Shown here: piece after piece, positions 62,689 to 64,000 of the stretch | How positions within the stretch are numbered: position 1 is the stretch's first letter | Layout: each line of letters opens with the position of its first letter | Source of the DNA: Gordonia sp. (in: high G+C Gram-positive bacteria) | GTDB taxonomy: Bacteria; Actinomycetota; Actinomycetes; Mycobacteriales; Mycobacteriaceae | DNA: 64,000 nucleotides | NCBI RefSeq assembly: GCF_047600385.1 | Contig: NZ_JASGKZ010000002.1 | Span: 84,217-148,216 of the forward strand | Reading direction: 5' to 3' | Made by a program: the position numbers and the translations under genes | Notes under the pieces: model-generated | Told to the model about the DNA's origin: nothing | Seen by the model: only the letters and a program-made list of their open reading frames with translations | Databases searched by the model: none

Positions 62689-63324
62689 GTGCCAGGCTTC
62701 CTCAAGTTCTCCGTCAGCGACATCACCCAGGCCGCGGTCTTCGCCGCACTGATCGTGGTGCTCGGCCTCCCCGGTGCGTTCAACCTCTCCAGCGGCGTGC
62801 CGATCACCCTCCAGTCCATGGGCGTCATGCTCGCCGGCGCCGTACTCGGGCCCCGCAAGGGCACCCTCGCGGTGGCGATCTTCATGGTGCTCGCGATCGC
62901 CGGCCTGCCGGTCCTCGCCGGCGGCCGCAGCGGTCTGGTCGCCCTGGGATCGCCGACGGCGGGCTACTTCGTCGGATACCTCCCCGGAGTCCTCGTGATC
63001 GGCCTGCTGACGGCGCTCATGATGCCGCGCTACAACCCGGGGCTCGGCATCGTGGCCAACCTGCTCGGCGGGGTGCTGGTGGTCTACGTCTTCGGCTCGA
63101 TCGGTCTGCTCTTCCGCACCGACATGTCGGTGCTCGCCACCGTCACCACCAACGGCCCGTTCGTGATCGGCGACGTCCTCAAGGCGGTCGTCGCCGCGCT
63201 CGTCGCGGTCGCCGTCCACCGCGGACGCCCCGGATTGATCCACCCGTTGCGGTTCCGCCCCCGAACCGCGGGATCCGGTTCCGGTGTCCGGCCGAGCCTA
63301 GACAAGGACCGACCCACGCCATGA
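62689..63324 (+). CDS. bioY: Biotin transporter S component BioY
   Basis: VPITLQSMGVMLAGAVLG, GLPVLAGG, PTAGYFVG, FVIGDVLK. Confidence 0.92.
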   Translation: MPGFLKFSVSDITQAAVFAALIVVLGLPGAFNLSSGVPITLQSMGVMLAGAVLGPRKGTLAVAIFMVLAIAGLPVLAGGRSGLVALGSPTAGYFVGYLPGVLVIGLLTALMMPRYNPGLGIVANLLGGVLVVYVFGSIGLLFRTDMSVLATVTTNGPFVIGDVLKAVVAALVAVAVHRGRPGLIHPLRFRPRTAGSGSGVRPSLDKDRPTP

Positions 63325-64000
63325 CCTCCATCGAGTTCGACGCCGTCGGCCACTCCTTCGGCGACCGCCCGGTCCTGAAAGACGTCACCCTCGAACTCAC
63401 CGAGCACCGGATCGGCATCGTCGGCGCCAACGGCAGCGGCAAGTCGACGCTGGCCCGGATGATGAACGGCCTGGTCCTCCCGGATTCGGGCACCGTCACC
63501 GTCAACGGCCTGAACGTCGCCGAGAACAAACGGAAGGTGCGTCGGCAGGTCGGCTTCATCTTCTCCGACCCGGACCGGCAGATCATCATGCCGACAGTCG
63601 TCGAGGACATCGAGCTGTCGTTGACCCGCGCGGTCTCGGACAAGCGGGAACGACGACGCCGAGCCCTCGCCACGCTCGCCGACTTCGGTCTCACCGCGCA
63701 GGCCGACCAGCCCGCGCACACCCTGTCCGGCGGCCAGAAGCAGCTCCTCGCGCTGGCGTCGATCATGGTGCTCGGTCCGTCGATCCTGGTCGCCGACGAA
63801 CCCACCACGATGCTCGACCTGCGGAACGCGACCATGCTGCGCGACGTCCTCGCCGGTCTCGACGAGCAGGTCGTCGTCCTGACCCACGACCTCGACATGC
63901 TCACCGACTACGACCGCGTCCTGGTCCTCGACGACGGCGAGGTGGTCGCCGACGACGCACCCGCGCCGGCGATCGCCTTCTACCGCGCCCGGATGTCGTA
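63321..64000 (+). CDS. bioM: ECF ATPase (BioM-like), ends at or just past the window edge
   Basis: GANGSGKST, LSGGQKQ, ADEPTTMLD; ATGA overlap with bioY. Confidence 0.88.
   Translation, partial: MTSIEFDAVGHSFGDRPVLKDVTLELTEHRIGIVGANGSGKSTLARMMNGLVLPDSGTVTVNGLNVAENKRKVRRQVGFIFSDPDRQIIMPTVVEDIELSLTRAVSDKRERRRRALATLADFGLTAQADQPAHTLSGGQKQLLALASIMVLGPSILVADEPTTMLDLRNATMLRDVLAGLDEQVVVLTHDLDMLTDYDRVLVLDDGEVVADDAPAPAIAFYRARMS

Overview
A high-GC actinobacterial chromosomal segment, probably Gordonia or a related Mycobacteriales (inferred from gene order matching the M. tuberculosis Rv3306c-Rv3396c block). 1-40 kb is mostly core genome: nucleoside salvage genes, sdhCDAB, dacB, trpS, xth, a SAM-IV riboswitch with metY-metX, folD, trmL, a PspC two-component locus and guaA. 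A LexA-box-preceded C-terminal remnant of imuB lies at 32.6-33.2 kb. Five single-base +1 frameshifts fall in four genes, two of them housekeeping, and look like assembly errors. 40-54 kb is an accessory block: vapBC, a complete type I-E CRISPR-Cas operon (cas3-cse1-cse2-cas7-cas5-cas6-cas1-cas2) flanked by two arrays of 23 and 24 repeats, a phage-like peptide + HTH module, and relic repeats. 54-64 kb holds a secreted HNH/Excalibur nuclease, TetR, an Mpt-like ECF/ABC transporter cluster and bioY-bioM. Top finding: a hidden CRISPR-derived mini-array at 40776-40853 (degenerate repeat, 21-nt spacer, degenerate repeat, terminator). Its spacer matches positions 1-5 and 7-11 of an AAC-flanked site in the cas3 promoter, the pattern expected for a Cascade-guided repressor RNA. 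A paralogous cassette with a seed-diverged spacer ends array 1.
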